Both the position numbers and the translations under genes were made by a program. A DNA stretch of 63,984 bases, counting the filler, from Octopus bimaculoides (Eukaryota): NCBI RefSeq assembly GCF_001194135.2. It is 4 parts of 4 records of this genome, joined end to end, with 100 filler letters (N's around TTAATTAATTAA, not from the genome) between each part and the next. Parts side by side here need not be neighbours in the genome. Positions count along the whole stretch, not along the records: positions 1 to 13,325 come from NC_068986.1; 3 more parts are not named here. One strand, written 5' to 3'. The notes under the pieces are model-generated. The model had not been told where the DNA came from. It worked only from the letters and a program-made list of their open reading frames with translations, and did not search any database. Below, piece by piece: positions 1 through 13,425 of this stretch (positions are counted from its first letter, which is position 1; every line of letters starts with the position of its first letter).

Positions 1-92
1 TATATGCTGAATGCAAACATACATAGATACATACATGCATAGTCACACACACTCAAAGACACACACACGCACATATTAGGTATATAGCTAGG

Positions 93-201
<109 letters not shown>

Positions 202-860
202 GTATATCAGCACATTATTTGTCAAACGTTACAAAAGAGAATAACTGACTGGGTGGTGAAGTTTCACAGTTCAGTGATCGCAGACATGGCTGACCTGGAC
301 TCTGCTTTGTGATGTAGGAAACCATTACACTGTAGATTCTGCAATAAAAACCTATATTCTGGCAACATTACCGACATTTTTTATATTCGCATTTCCTTTT
401 TTCCCTTCTATTAATATTATATTATTTTATTTTACGAATCTTTTCTTGCCCATTTCTCCCGCATTTTTATTAATTGTTTTGCTTCTTTTTTTCTTCTTAT
501 ATGTTAGCTGCTTTTGATCTCCATGTTTTTCTTGTTGTTTTTTTATTCATTTTTGTTCTTTATCTTTTTATTAGTTTTTTCTTCTATATATATTTGTTTC
601 TGTAACTCGTTACCTACAAGCATCAGTTCATATCCATCATGGAAACCTATCACGCAAAAAGAAACCAAAAAAAGCTAACATCTGTAATGTGATCGGCATT
701 TTTCTACACAACCCGAAATACACATGGGCCAGGATAAACAGAATATGCATTACAACGCGTATAAGTATACATAAACACAAAAACAAACACACACACATTC
801 ATATATGCATACATAGTTGTGTGAGTGCGCGCGTGTGTATATATAAGAATAACCTATTTA

Positions 861-903
<43 letters not shown>

Positions 904-1700
904 NNNNNNNNNNNNNNNNNNNNNNNNNNNNNNNNNNNNNNNNNNNNNNNNNNNNNNNNNNNNNNNNNNNNNNNNNNNNNNNNNNNNNNNNNNNNNNNNN
1001 NNNNNNNNNNNNNNNNNNNNNNNNNNNNNNNNNNNNNNNNNNNNNNNNNNNNNNNNNNNNNNNNNNNNNNNNNNNNNNNNNNNNNNNNNNNNNNNNNNNN
1101 NNNNNNNNNNNNNNNNNNNNNNNNNNNNNNNNNNNNNNNNNNNNNNNNNNNNNNNNNNNNNNNNNNNNNNNNNNNNNNNNNNNNNNNNNNNNNNNNNNNN
1201 NNNATATATATATATGTGTGTGTATATATATATACATATATATATGTATATATACACACGCATACATACACATACGCATGTGTATGTATCCATGTACGTA
1301 TGCATATGTATGCTTCTCTGGTGTTTGCGCGCTTGTATGTGTGTGTGTACGCGCATGGAATATATTTTGTATGAAGCTTTGATTTCAATCCTTTCGGGTA
1401 CGATGAAATAATACAACAATCGAGTAGTCTTCTACGTTGTCCAAATATCCCCTTCCCATAAGATTTCTGCTCTTCTGTCTAAATTACATGCAATAAACTT
1501 TCAGTACTAACGAGCGGCCCTACTGCCACGTGATTAAATATTCAGACAAGAATATGCTGTCAAGCTGACTGAGAAACGGGGGAACCTCCTCTACAGCAAG
1601 ACACCTTTTTCTATCCTTGTGTCACACTCTAACCTGTCATCACCTGGCACAAAGCCATCTTCAATGTTCCACATCTTAAAGGATCTTCGTCTTGCAAATT

Positions 1701-1985
1701 ATTTGGTGACCCCGCCAGTGTTGGTGCATCCAGTCTAAAACGCAAAATGTTTAGTGTTTGGAAGGGCAACCAGCTGTAAAAAAAACACATGCCAAAACAG
1801 GCCTTGCTGGTGTCGCATATGAAGCACTCAATATACTCTGTAAGGTGGTTGGTATTAGGAAGGTATCCAACCATAGAAACCCTGCCAAAACAGACAGTGA
1901 AGCCCGGTGTAGTCTTCTGCCTTGCTAGCCCCTGTCAAACTCTCCAACCCATGCCAGCATGCAAAACATACATTAAATGATATAA
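1701..1985 (+). mobile_element. Interspersed repeat family D, 3' part (SINE or LINE tail), with partial internal duplication
   Basis: The GGAAGGG(C)A.CCAGCTGTA..ATGCCAAAACAG module occurs twice (about 1759 and 1856). The end CCAACCCATGCCAGCA..ATTAAATGA also occurs at about 18010-18085 (+) and related sequence at 21117-21290 (-). Confidence 0.65.
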
Positions 1986-2149
1986 TGTGTGTGTGTGTGT
2001 GTGTGAGCATTTAGAGTCAACATATGCATGTAAAAAATCCAGGTGTCATAACAATAAAACCATTGTGCTGTTGTGACACCTGCATTATCTACAACTGTAC
2101 TCTATGCGCTGAAGCACAGTCCTTGCATTACTGATTAGTGGTGTTGTAT

Positions 2150-2800
2150 TCAACAAAGCCTTGTCGCGTGTAGGAATGATCAGGCGATCGATAAGTGGAA
2201 GATAAAGTTGCTTCACTGCCCTTGAAATAAAACTGTGTCGACAGTGTTCCTGTGTTCAGAGGCGATTGCGAAAAAACAGTGTTTGAAGGAATTGACTACA
2301 ATTATTCAGGAATGTCTTTCCCTTCATTCAAGCTCTCATGAATCGTTGCAAATTACTCTTGAAAGGGAAACTCATGTTGTGAGTGAAATGCTCTCTTCTT
2401 TATTTCCTTAATAGGTTGATGGCTGTTTTGCATAGTAAAATTCAATAGAATTACAGTAAACATAACCTTGTAACTTAGTGAGAGACAGTTAGGAGAGGTA
2501 CGTAATTGCATTAGTAAGGTTCATTAAATGGTCCCAGATGTTACTCTAAATATGTTGCTGTATATTGGTGGGTGCGTTGCCTTTCATCATGCAAGTGTTT
2601 GTAGTGGTCTACGTAGCTAAATAGGTGAATGATCTCCCTTGCAAGAAATATTATAGAGTAACCTCCCTTTACTAAATTTCTCGAAGCGTCTGTGTTATGA
2701 GACATGATTCTTAATTATTCAAGAAGCTTAGCATTTCTCTTGGAAGTTTCTAGAATGTCTAGCGTTCCATTTATAAAAACAGCTTGCTAACCCTGCTCTT
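2150..2800 (-). pseudogene. Possible highly decayed LINE apurinic endonuclease (RTE-like)
   Basis: The minus strand gives scattered motifs KWNAR, S*HRR and GNAPTN, resembling WNVR / EHRR / YAPT of non-LTR endonucleases. There are many stops and frameshifts. Confidence 0.3.
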
Positions 2801-3103
2801 TGCGTCTTAGTCGGTTAGACTTACAGCTATTCACGTCATTGTTATGTCCGTCTATTTCCCTACGCTGCATGACTGAAAACCACCACTTAGCTGTTATTTC
2901 TACATTTTCTATCTCTGAACTTTCTTGCATAGATTACTTCATTCAACATGATTATGCATTTTGATTCTATGTATCATCATCGACCAGTAAATAAAAAAAA
3001 TATTTTTATATAGTAAATATATAGGTTTTGAATTAATTCTTCATCTCTTTATGAACTATATATTACATATACGCAGCCACTTCAACACCTTGTTTTGACT
3101 ATA

Positions 3104-3683
3104 CACAGACATGCAGGAAGTAAATAGACACCTTTAATTTTCAAAATCTTTTATTTGATATGAATTGGTTGAAGGAGAGGCTTTCTTCTAGTTGCTCCTC
3201 CATAATACCCAATGCATATTATGCAGATATGCAACGCACGTTCTTGGAGTAAGATCTAACTGTTTTGCAATGTCAGAAGCCTTCGGACGGGATTCGTTTT
3301 CCACAATTCTCTTCAAACAGCGAAGCTTTCTTTCCGAGGGCCCAGGTCGGCCGGGACGAGAATCTGCTGACACTTTTCCTTGGCTTTTAAATTGCACTAA
3401 TTCTATAAAAGATAGCAAGAGGAAATTGAAGATTTTCGGCAATTTTTCGCTGGCTAAGACCAGCCTCAGATTGTCAAACAATACGACCTCTTTGAAAATC
3501 TGACACTTCTGCTGAATCTTTTGTGCGTGGAGTGGTTACTCTTCGGATATATTTAATACAATGGCACCTGGAATGAAAAAGAATAATTACATTATAAATG
3601 CTACACCGCTGAAAACATATTAAGATACTTAGATAAGAAATTTTGAAAATTAAAGGTGTCGATTTACTTCCTGCATGTTTGTG
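3104..3683 (-). mobile_element. Internally deleted Tc1-like DNA transposon (580 bp)
   Basis: 43-bp TIRs at 3104-3146 and 3641-3683 with 2 mismatches, TA on both sides. Minus-strand relic PRTKDSAEVSDFQRGRIV*QSEAGLSQRKIAENL..SRPGRP..KRIVENESRPKASDIAKQL..GYYGGATRRKPLL is the Tc1 N-terminal HTH region. No DDE domain is present. Confidence 0.92.
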
Positions 3684-5176
3684 TATATTCCCACTACGTG
3701 TTCATATAAAGTACACTAAATCCTTCCCGTGCGCGTTCTTTCTCAAATTACAATCTATTTTTGCAATATATCCTTTTGGTCTTTCCATCCGTTGTTTCTT
3801 TATTATCCCTTTCTTGTTCTGCTGGTAACAATTTGTTTGTGTAAAAGAAGGCATAGTTTTTTTTTTACAGTGATTATAGAGTTGATGATAGGTAGTATAT
3901 AATGTAATATTGTTCTTGGTTAGATCATGGGCCTGCAATTCTTCAAGGTTTGAGTGTTTTCTATAAAGATAGAACCAAACACGTAGACATTTGAATTAAT
4001 TGGTGGATTTTTCAAAATTCTTGTTGATTTTTTTAAAGTTATTGTAGGTCCATGTTAATATCTGAGCAAGAATCGTAGTCATAAAATAGCAATTTTCTCT
4101 TCCCTCTGATTAGATTCGATAATTACTGATGTTTACAGGAGTGATTTCGATGGTTTCCATGCGTTAGGTAATACATTTTTCACTATCCTATACTCACCGC
4201 CACCTCCAACTCCACTTCCTGCACCACCTCCATCTCCAGCACCCACACCTCCATCTCCACCACCACTATTTCTCCTCCCCTCTCTCTCGGCCCCTTCTCT
4301 CTCTCTCTCTCGGTCCCTGCTCTCTCCTTTTTGTGTCTTTCTTTAACCTCACCATCTTTCTGATGAATTTACATCTTCAGTTATCCTCCTCTGTATCATC
4401 ACTACTAACAAGTAATTGTTTTAACCACATAATGAATATTATGTTCCCCCTACCTCACGTCATGGACGCGTATCTCTCCTTTTTCTCTCTACACCTTTTA
4501 TTCTCTCTCTTTCTGCCTCTTTCCGTCTCACTCTTCGCTTTATCCTGTTTTTCACTCTCCTTTTCCTTTCTCCTCTCTTCCCTTTCAACTAATCACGTGA
4601 AGGTATTACACTTTTATTCCCTCTACACACGTCATGGACACTTCTCTCTCCCTTCGTTTCTCTCTCGCTCTTTTTCTTTACATGAAAGCCTTACTGGCCT
4701 GCTAAGTAACGCAATAACAAGAAGAATTATTATAAGATGTAATCGTTTTGTTAAGTCCCATAGTCATTATGGGACTTATGGCTAGCATTCCAAGATTACC
4801 TTTTCCAGATTGCACTTAACGGAGAAGGAGCTGATATTTTTTACATGAATATCGGTTAAATAGCGCAATATAAAGAGGGTTTAACGAATTGTCGGAGTAC
4901 ATCTAAACATATGAAGGAAAGAAAAGGAAACACAGAAGAGTTTTATATTATATATCATGATGGATATTTGCCTCCATCTTCACTACGCACCTTTGCATCA
5001 CTTATTATTTTGCATAAATTCCCACATGATAAATACATTATCATCGCCGTCATAAACATCATCATCATCTTTCTCAGCATCCTCATAATCATCACCATGA
5101 TTGTCATAGCGTTCGTCGTCCTCATCATCATCGTCATTATTGTTGTTGCTGTTGTTATGATTAATGTTTTTATTTA

Positions 5177-5292
5177 CCCTTTATACTTTTGGTGTCGATA
5201 AAATAGGGACCAATGTAAGACTGAGGTGGATGTAATCAACTTAACTCCCTTCCCCAAAATTGCTGGCTTTGTGCCAAAATTTGAAACCATCA
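5177..5292 (+). mobile_element. SINE family B, 3' fragment
   Basis: GTCGATAAAATA..GATGTAATC.ACT..CCCCAAAATTGCTGGCTTTGTGCCAAAATTTGAAAC matches copies at 22.1, 22.7, 48.6 and 52.7 kb. Confidence 0.75.
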
Positions 5293-5299
5293 TTTTCTT

Positions 5300-5600
5300 T
5301 TCTTTGCACAGCTTCTAACGTGCTCCGACAATAAATGTTAATACTACAACCTTTTCCATCGACCGCGACATTTCTTTCTTTCTCATCGCAAGCTGGGCTT
5401 GCAATATCTATGATCAAGCACCGTTTGCTTTCTTTCTCAATTAAAAATTATGTCTGCCTTTCTATTCTCTACCTCATGGTCGCACTAAATCATAAAATCT
5501 AATAGGATCTTTGCATTATTATTTCCGATGATGCCTTCGGTTTTATGTTCGTACCACTGTTTTACTCTGTCAAGTCCGTACTCGATGATAACAGTTTTCC
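5300..5600 (-). pseudogene. R4/Dong-type (restriction-like endonuclease) non-LTR retrotransposon fragment
   Basis: The minus strand reads EYGLDRVKQWYEHKTEGIIGNNNAKILLDFMI*CDHEVENRKADII(fs)IEKESKRCLIIDIASP..EKVVVLTFIVGA. This matches the WYEH..ILWDF.IQCD....RPDI..IDIA.P pattern of R4-clade RLE domains. Confidence 0.8.
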
Positions 5601-7096
5601 TTAATTTTCTAGCATAGATTCTTTGGATCCTTGCAGAATACATGATCTCATTTATTTTCTCTGTAAATTTGATTCTACCTGCCACAGCGCAAATGTTTTT
5701 CAACCTCTTAGAGATCTGTTGAATTTGGCTGAATGCATCACGTATTTCAGTAAATCTATCAACGTTTTCCGTCTAGTTTATTTTCATCTTTCGGCGATGA
5801 CTGCAGTGGCAGCACCATCAACAATGGTTGTAGCAGCAGTTGTAGGAATCATGACATCTTTTTCACATAGCAACCTAAATTCTGAACTGGAAAGCTATTC
5901 AAAATGAGCGGAAATAAATGTTCTTAAGACAACCAAGTTTTCTAGTCAAATAGCTGTATGCAAATATTGTCTTTATGAAAATTACTAAACAAATATTTGA
6001 AGTTTGTGTTAAAAGCACATTAATGAAACCTATGCACATACACATACAAAAAGTGGAAATATAGATCCAGAAGCATTTAAGACGGTGCACATATATATAC
6101 TGGCGTGTACAAGCACACGAAGACAGAAATTATATTCATGCATATTTATGTTTGTACATATATTTGTGTTGTGAGACTGAATATACAGTTTCCAGACAGT
6201 TTGGTAATATCTATGTGTTTGTACACATGCGTAGATAGACAGATATTCGCATTCCGTCTCCCTCTGTCACTCAGTCACTAAATATTTGTGTTTCTGTGTA
6301 TGTATGTATGTATGTATGCATGTATGTATGTATGTGTGTATGTATGTATGCATGTATGTATGTGTGTACGTATGTAGGTATGTATACATTTGTGCCTACG
6401 TATACTTGTGCATATGTTTCTGGGGGTGTGCGCGTGTGTATGCATGCATGTGTTTATCTGTGTATGTATGTGTTTACTTCCATTTACACATAATTCAATA
6501 TAATTGTTCGACAAATATGCAATTAAATATGTAGTCAGATGCTTATATATGTGTGTTTGTGTGTGTTCATATGCATATATATATATATATATATANNNNN
6601 NNNNNNNNNNNNNNNNNNNNNNNNNNNNNNNNNNNNNNNNNNNNNNNNNNNNNNNNNNNNNNNNNNNNNNNNNNNNNNNNNNNNNNNNNNNNNNNNNNNN
6701 NNNNNNNNNNNNNNNNNNNNNNNNNNNNNNNNNNNNNNNNNNNNNNNNNNNNNNNNNNNNNNNNNNNNNNNNNNNNNNNNNNNNNNNNNNNNNNNNNNNN
6801 NNNNNNNNNNNNNNNNNNNNNNNNNNNNNNNNNNNNNNNNNNNNNNNNNNNNNNNNNNNNNNNNNNNNNNNNNNNNNNNNNNNNNNNNNNNNNNNNNNNN
6901 NNNNNNNNNNNNNNNNNNNNNNNNNNNNNNNNNNNNNNNNNNNNNNNNNNNNNNNNNNNNNNNNNNNNNNNNNNNNNNNNNNNNNNNNNNNNNNNNNNNN
7001 NNNNNNNNNNNNNNNNNNNNNNNNNNNNNNNNNNNNNNNNNNTATATATATATATATATATATACATACATATATATGTGTGCATATATATACATA

Positions 7097-7127
<31 letters not shown>

Positions 7128-8101
7128 GTGCATATATATACATATGTATATACATATACACACATATATATATACATGCACATGCACACACACACATATG
7201 TATATGAATGTTTGTATGTATGTGCGTGTGTGTGCTTGTATTTAATCAAGTACTTTATATTCAGCGATTTTAGACGCTAACAGAAAGAATGACTAAAATA
7301 TTTGCCTTGAAGATATACCGAAGGCAGATAATTAATTAATTCAAAATTCCTTGAAATAATTGCATGAAAGATTCATATATTTTCAAATGTTCTTTTAGCT
7401 ATGACATTATCCCTTTCGCCGACCAAATTCGCAATTGACGTATACTTCTTGCCTTATATTTTTTGGTATTTCTCAAAATAATTGCTAATGTTCTCTTTTA
7501 CTGCCTTGTTTCTTCGGAACTTTAGATTTTTTGTTTGTTTGTTGTTTTTCTTTTTCCAGTTCTGCAATTCTGAGATTTTCTGACAAATTTGCTCTTTCCG
7601 GTTGAGAAATTTCAATTAAGCAACGTACATTCAATGCTAAGCTCTAGCCGTAAAAATCGACAAAATACTTCTCCCTGGTGTTTATTTCCACAATCTACTC
7701 AAAGCTCGGGTTTCGGATATACTACGAACGATCAACAATCTGAAATATAAAATATTATTTTCCCTTTAACTAAATTCATTGCGTTTGTAGGAAAAGAATT
7801 CTGCTCCAAATAATATGTGAAATTACTTCCTATGTTGAGTATTTAAAATTCATATTGAGTGCTCAATGTTGAGGCTGCTATTGTCATGTTATAACTAGGT
7901 ATGGATGTAGGTGTTGCTGCTAAGATACTGATCAGAGTAGTTAATCAGATTGTAGAACAAAGTCCGTGGCAGCTGTGACTGTGCGGCCTGAAAGTTACAG
8001 ATATATTTGATAAAGCCTGCTGGCATCGCCGTTGGCAAAATTACATACATAGGTATATAAATGTGTATGAGAGTGTGTGTATGTGTCTATGAGAGTACGT
8101 T

Positions 8102-8141
<40 letters not shown>

Positions 8142-8811
8142 GCTATACGAATCTATGCGTGTGCACTTATATATGTGTGTGTATGTGTCTGAGAGAGGGG
8201 CAAAGAGAGTATTTCGTATGTAAAGAAGTTTTTGTTCATTAATTACAACAAATAGATTCTATCCAAACTATTACTTTCTGCATACGAGTGCGTTTGAGTG
8301 GCAATTTTGTGTTTGATATGTTCGCTTTTTGTATCTAAATTCCTGTATACTTTTTATTTTTCATATATATATTTGTCATTGTTTGTCTCCTACCATATGT
8401 TCATATTGTCAATTGAACAACAATGCAATGTTTATTTTAACGCCATTATATAAGGGGAAAAATTCAGGGCTGGAGAGTCTAGAGATGTGCTTCAAGATAT
8501 TTATGCCAAAACGGATTGTGTGCAAATTATTTTACATTAACAATTTTGTATTTTTAATGGCTTGAGATTTATAAAAATACAATCAATCTTGGATTTGCAA
8601 TATGAATAAGTCTGATTACACACTGCACATTTATTATAAGCAAGTGCGGTATTGAAGAAGTAATGCGACTAGTATCAGTTAGAACAAATAAATGTTAGTT
8701 TCAATTAGCATATATTATTAAATAGATATTGGAGTCTGTTTAATATGTTTATTTGTTATGTTTATTTGCCCTATAAAACAAATAATTATTCAAACGTTTT
8801 GTATACTCTTC

Positions 8812-8857
8812 GCTGATGATGAAATGTCTTCAATGTTTGTTCAACAGAAACATGTCC
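8812..8857 (+). ncRNA. Degenerate hammerhead ribozyme motif
   Basis: CTGATGA at 8813-8819, then GAAAC-AT-GTC at 8847-8856 with palindromic ACATGT stem III. Stem II is reduced to TG/CA and stem I is essentially lost. Confidence 0.4.
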
Positions 8858-9259
8858 TTTAACAGCAACGTATCGACGTACAAGAGGATGTGTGTCTTTC
8901 AAAATGTACGGCAAATTGTAGGCTCTAACATGCACCAGTACACACACATACAAACAAAAGAGAGATACTCAAATTTTGTTTAATAATATTTGTTTGAATT
9001 TGGAGTTTGACGCCGAAATTAAAGAATACGAAGCAAAGACGCATATATATGTTTCTTTTATTGCATATTAATACGAACAACTTTAAATTTCTCACCGAAG
9101 GCATTCATGTATAAAATGACTTGACGTTATTTTTAGAAATACTCACCATAATGCGTAGTAATTAAACATTACAGGAGGCAATTTCGCGAATGATGCTTAT
9201 TGGCATTATAGTTTCAAACCAGGTTTTACTGCAAAATTTCCCCTACTGAGAAATTGAAG

Positions 9260-9311
<52 letters not shown>

Positions 9312-9399
9312 AAATAGTAAATGAGTATATGCATATATACGTACAGGTATGTGCATACCGACATCCACCTGTATGTATAGGTGCATATCTGGGTACAGG

Positions 9400-9650
9400 A
9401 CATTGCAAACAAAACGTAGACAAGAAAACACACAAGCCACATAGAGAACATTCTCCTTCTTCAGCTACCCCCGTTTTAACGCCGGCGTTTCGAAGAGCTG
9501 GGTAGGACGCATCGTTAAAACGGCTCTTCCCATGGACCGCAAATTAAATTTGTATACACAAATTAAACCTTGCCATGGAGGAATGTAGTGGCGGACAAAA
9601 AACAAGACAGGAAAACAAACAGAAAAGGCTATACGGCCAGACGGGAAAAA
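9400..9650. mobile_element. Interspersed repeat of uncertain class, possibly a Penelope pLTR-like fragment
   Basis: GC-richer block with GAAGAGC/GCTCTTC stem and ACGCCGGCGT palindrome. It resembles an octopus repeat recalled from memory and is unverified. Confidence 0.35.
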
Positions 9651-11471
9651 TTATGTGTGTATGAACGCTACTCGTAGCTAGAAGCACATGTGCACACATA
9701 CTTGTATTTGTGCATGTGTGTGTGTGTGTACAATATATATTATATTACATTTACACATACATATATATCTATATAAATAGGTGTGTGAGTGTATGTATGT
9801 GTATGCATATGTATGTATTTCCAAAAGGGTTCCAAAGGGAAATATAATTCTGGCGCTTACAGTGTTCCCTCGTAAATTGATTTTCAATTCTGGCTAGCCA
9901 CAGCAAATGCGGTTACTATTCGAGTTAGTAATAAATTACTAGACCCTGGTTATCATTACTGGTTGGGAAATCCGAATGCATTTCCGGGACTGCATAGTTT
10001 CCGTAGAGTAGATAATACTATTAATGAATGCCAGGAAAAGGGGGATTCTCCACATATATAATTTTATTATACATTTATTAACAGCATTCTACATTGGACC
10101 TACGCGCACTCTTATGCGTGCATCTTGATGTTTATTATCGATGCGTCTTGTTCAGTATCCCTTATTTACTGCCATTCGAAGTTCATCTGAAGAAATTATG
10201 AGGCTAACCAAATAATACGACGTTGATGTTACTATCAGTAGTTGTATTATTCTGACCCAAACCTGACAGCGGCGAGTTAGGTATAATCTTAAAAATAGGT
10301 CAAAGTTAGGAGTCCCAGCAGATTCATATGTAGTATAGTCCAACTTATCATTCTACTGATTTAAAGGAGAATTTTTATTTCTAGAGATATTCATTAAAAT
10401 TTTGGATTATGATCTGTTTATTGTAATCACAATTATTACTCTATTAATTTCTGATTTCCATGCTTTACTAAATATCATACGTTTATTTGATTTTTTAAAC
10501 GTAAGCTTGATATTCAATGCATTTCAAAGAGAATTTTCATTTTTAGAGATGTTCACTTAATTGTCTATAGGCTTATTATGTTTTTTGTTTACACTATGTT
10601 TATTCTAGTAGTTTATAATTTTCTTGTTTATTACATAGAAGGCGTTTACTTGAACTTATTAAATGTGCATTCATTCGTAATGAATACACCATTGACTGCG
10701 TTCTTGCCTAGAGTTTATCAGAATGTTTTTTAAAAGTAAAAAATTGGTATATTTCCTCAAAACAAAAATAAACATCATTTACTCCTCTACTGTACAGTTC
10801 AGCCCATCTAATATTCTCCAAGCTAACTGATTATGTTTTATTATTATCCTTTACCGACCAAATTAATTTACTTCAACTCGTATTATTCTTCGTATTTCTA
10901 TCACTAAACGAAATTTCCTGGTTAGCTATTCTACGTTTTATAAAACGTGGATTAGGACAAACGTAGAAATATTCTATGTAGAAATATTCTACACCTTGCA
11001 CATTTTTAATTTTACATTTTCATTTTAACGGGCATAATTTACCCTTTGTTTAATCACAATTATCTCTTCAAATTCTGTTATCTTCTATTTTAGATTAGTC
11101 ATTTGTATTTCCTAAATTATTTTGCCTGTATTCCAGGTTATTTTCACTATCCTCATTGTTTACATTCCAGGTACTGCTTTCTAGTCTAGTATTCGAGTTA
11201 GTAGTGGTTATTTCCCCTTGTATTAATTACTTTGTTGTAGCTAATTCTTTGGTTACTAGCTCTATTTTCATTGTTGATATTCCGGATAGTGCACTTTCTA
11301 GCGTTCTTGCTTTCCCTTTCTAGTCTCGCTTTATATACACATATATATACATTGTATAAACAATCGTAGGTAAGGCTGGAAAAATGCGAAGTAAATGGAA
11401 AGCAAATCACAAGAAAACAAATATATGAATTATTGTAAACTTAACTTCCATTCAATATTTCGGTGTTAAAT

Positions 11472-12233
11472 CTCCATTTTCAAGAAATTAACGAATGTTA
11501 CCGATGTGCATGTGTGTCAGCGTGTGTAGAGTGGATAGGCTCGGAAAGGTGTGGCTATAGCAACCAGCTAACTTCCTGTAACTCTCTTCTGTTTTTAATA
11601 TTTGGTTTCCTTTGGTGTAAGAGGATGGCCACAAAGATTCTATGGTTGACGCTGTTGCGCTGTGTTGCCCAGATGTTCACTGTGAATTCCCAGACCAGGC
11701 ATTTCCGTAGATGTCTCTTCATGAAAGTGAAGAATATACAAAACACAGTCCACGAGGAAGGACCCGACATACAGATAGGGCATACCGGCCCTATCCTGAG
11801 AAAAGGTATGACGAAAACAATACCTTTCACTAATGTGAGGAACGCACACTAGCCCAATCAATGACACTTAATTGTGCCAGGGGACTTCTGTTGTATACGA
11901 GATCATCTGTAGCAAATGTGGCACATCCTGCATAAGAAGCACAACATGAAAACAGCATATACGCATAAAAGAACACTTGCAAGCAGACACTTCCGTGAAG
12001 AAGCATCTACGGAAATGCCAGACACGGGTATTCACAGTGCACATCGGAACAATACAGGGCAACCTTAGAATCTCTGAGGCCATCCTCATACATCAAAGGA
12101 AACCACATATCAACAACAGTACAGAGTTACAGAAAGCTAGTTGGTTGCTATAGCAACACCTTTGCGCGCATTTCCATTCCATACACGTTCACACACGCGC
12201 ACATCATCAACATTTAATTTCTTGAAAATGGAG
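11472..12233 (+). mobile_element. Penelope-like element: GIY-YIG endonuclease C-terminal relic with inverted pseudo-LTR
   Basis: 11881-12153 reads GTSVVYEIICSKCGTSCIRSTT*KQHIRIKEHLQADTSVKKHLRKCQ..LRISEAILIHQRKPHINNSTELQKASWLL*. An inverted copy lies at 11472-11729 versus 11988-12233, and its ORF 11555-11830 ends KRHLRKC..ILLHQRKPNIKNRRELQEVSWLL*. Confidence 0.88.
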
Positions 12234-12545
12234 CCATAACCAATAAATATTAATTCAAGTAAGTCTATATTAATTCATACATTTGTATTCATGTGATTTG
12301 CTTGCATTTACATCGCATAGTTGTGGCCGTACCCACGGGCATTAATACAATATATTCTACAAAATGTTTTATATTAATTATTCCAGTATTTGTGAATATA
12401 TGAACACACATCAAGACATGTACATTTATATACAAGCAAATGTATATATGCATATATGCTTCAATGTCTCTTATATAGAAATGTGTCACAGTGTGTACAT
12501 CATTGCGTGAAGCTAGGTGTATGCCGTACAATATAATTTGCGAGC

Positions 12546-12548
<3 letters not shown>

Positions 12549-12639
<91 letters not shown>
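12549..12639. repeat. (TG)n microsatellite
   Basis: Perfect dinucleotide run. Confidence 0.95.
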
Positions 12640-12641
<2 letters not shown>

Positions 12642-12852
12642 TGGTGCATGTGTTATGTCTAGATGTCGAAGCCCTCTATTTATAGATACTCAAAAATTTA
12701 TAATAAAATTTCAGCTGTATTAACTTTCCATGTTCTGTTTTTGTTGCCCACAGTCTGAAATATTAAATTGAAGGACCGATATTGAAAGCACAATTGAAAT
12801 TATTGTCACCGTCATCATTATAATCATCAATTTCATTATCACCTCACCTTCA

Positions 12853-12917
<65 letters not shown>

Positions 12918-13186
12918 TATTCTTATTTTTATTATTATTGTCATCATCATCATCATTATTATTATTATTATTATTATTGATTTATTTGAGGGGAGGAATG
13001 GGCTAAAATGAAGAAACACTCCAGTTTTTGATTTCTTACGGCGTAATAGAGTAATAGAACTGCAAGTAAATAGCGATATGTTATCTACGCCATGTGATGA
13101 TTTTTTTCGCTTCAGTTCTCAAAATAAATATCTATCATTTTGCTAAATATTTTTGGTGTAAATATTCTTATCGATCTATCTGTCTG

Positions 13187-13255
<69 letters not shown>

Positions 13256-13369
13256 CTATCTGTCTGTCTGTCTGGTGGTCTCTGGTAGACGAACAGGGGC
13301 GCGAATTGCTCGAGCCGAGCAAGATNNNNNNNNNNNNNNNNNNNNNNNNNNNNNNNNNNNNNNNNNNNN

Positions 13370-13381
13370 TTAATTAATTAA
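13370..13381. other. Artificial scaffold linker TTAATTAATTAA inside a 100-bp gap
   Basis: 44 N + 12-mer with stops in all six frames + 44 N. The layout is identical at 27812-27823 and 50295-50306. Confidence 0.95.
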
Positions 13382-13425
13382 NNNNNNNNNNNNNNNNNNN
13401 NNNNNNNNNNNNNNNNNNNNNNNNN

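Noticed and set aside
211-312. Open frame HIICQTLQKRITDWVVKFHSSVIADMADLDSAL* followed by AATAAA
   Set aside because: There is no polypyrimidine tract (it is preceded by GATA repeats) and no recognisable homology.
4752-4778. 11-bp hairpin followed by CTAG (Helitron-like). Similar isolated short stems occur at 36732-36788, 53276-53353 and 56157-56180.
   Set aside because: The stem is AT-rich, the spacing is atypical and the next base is not T. Isolated 8-12-bp stems are expected by chance in repeat-rich DNA.
9479-9529. Hammerhead-like half on the minus strand (7-bp GAAGAGC/GCTCTTC stem, GAAAC, palindrome ACGCCGGCGT)
   Set aside because: There is no CUGANGA core adjacent to the stem and no stem I. 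A downstream CTGAAGA does not give a consistent type II fold.
12154-12260. Expected hammerhead in the pLTR of the Penelope relic
   Set aside because: No CUGANGA/GAAA motif was found on either strand.
13270-13325. Odd GC-rich contig end resembling vector or adapter
   Set aside because: I see no exact match to an adapter I can recall; left as a possible contig-end artefact.
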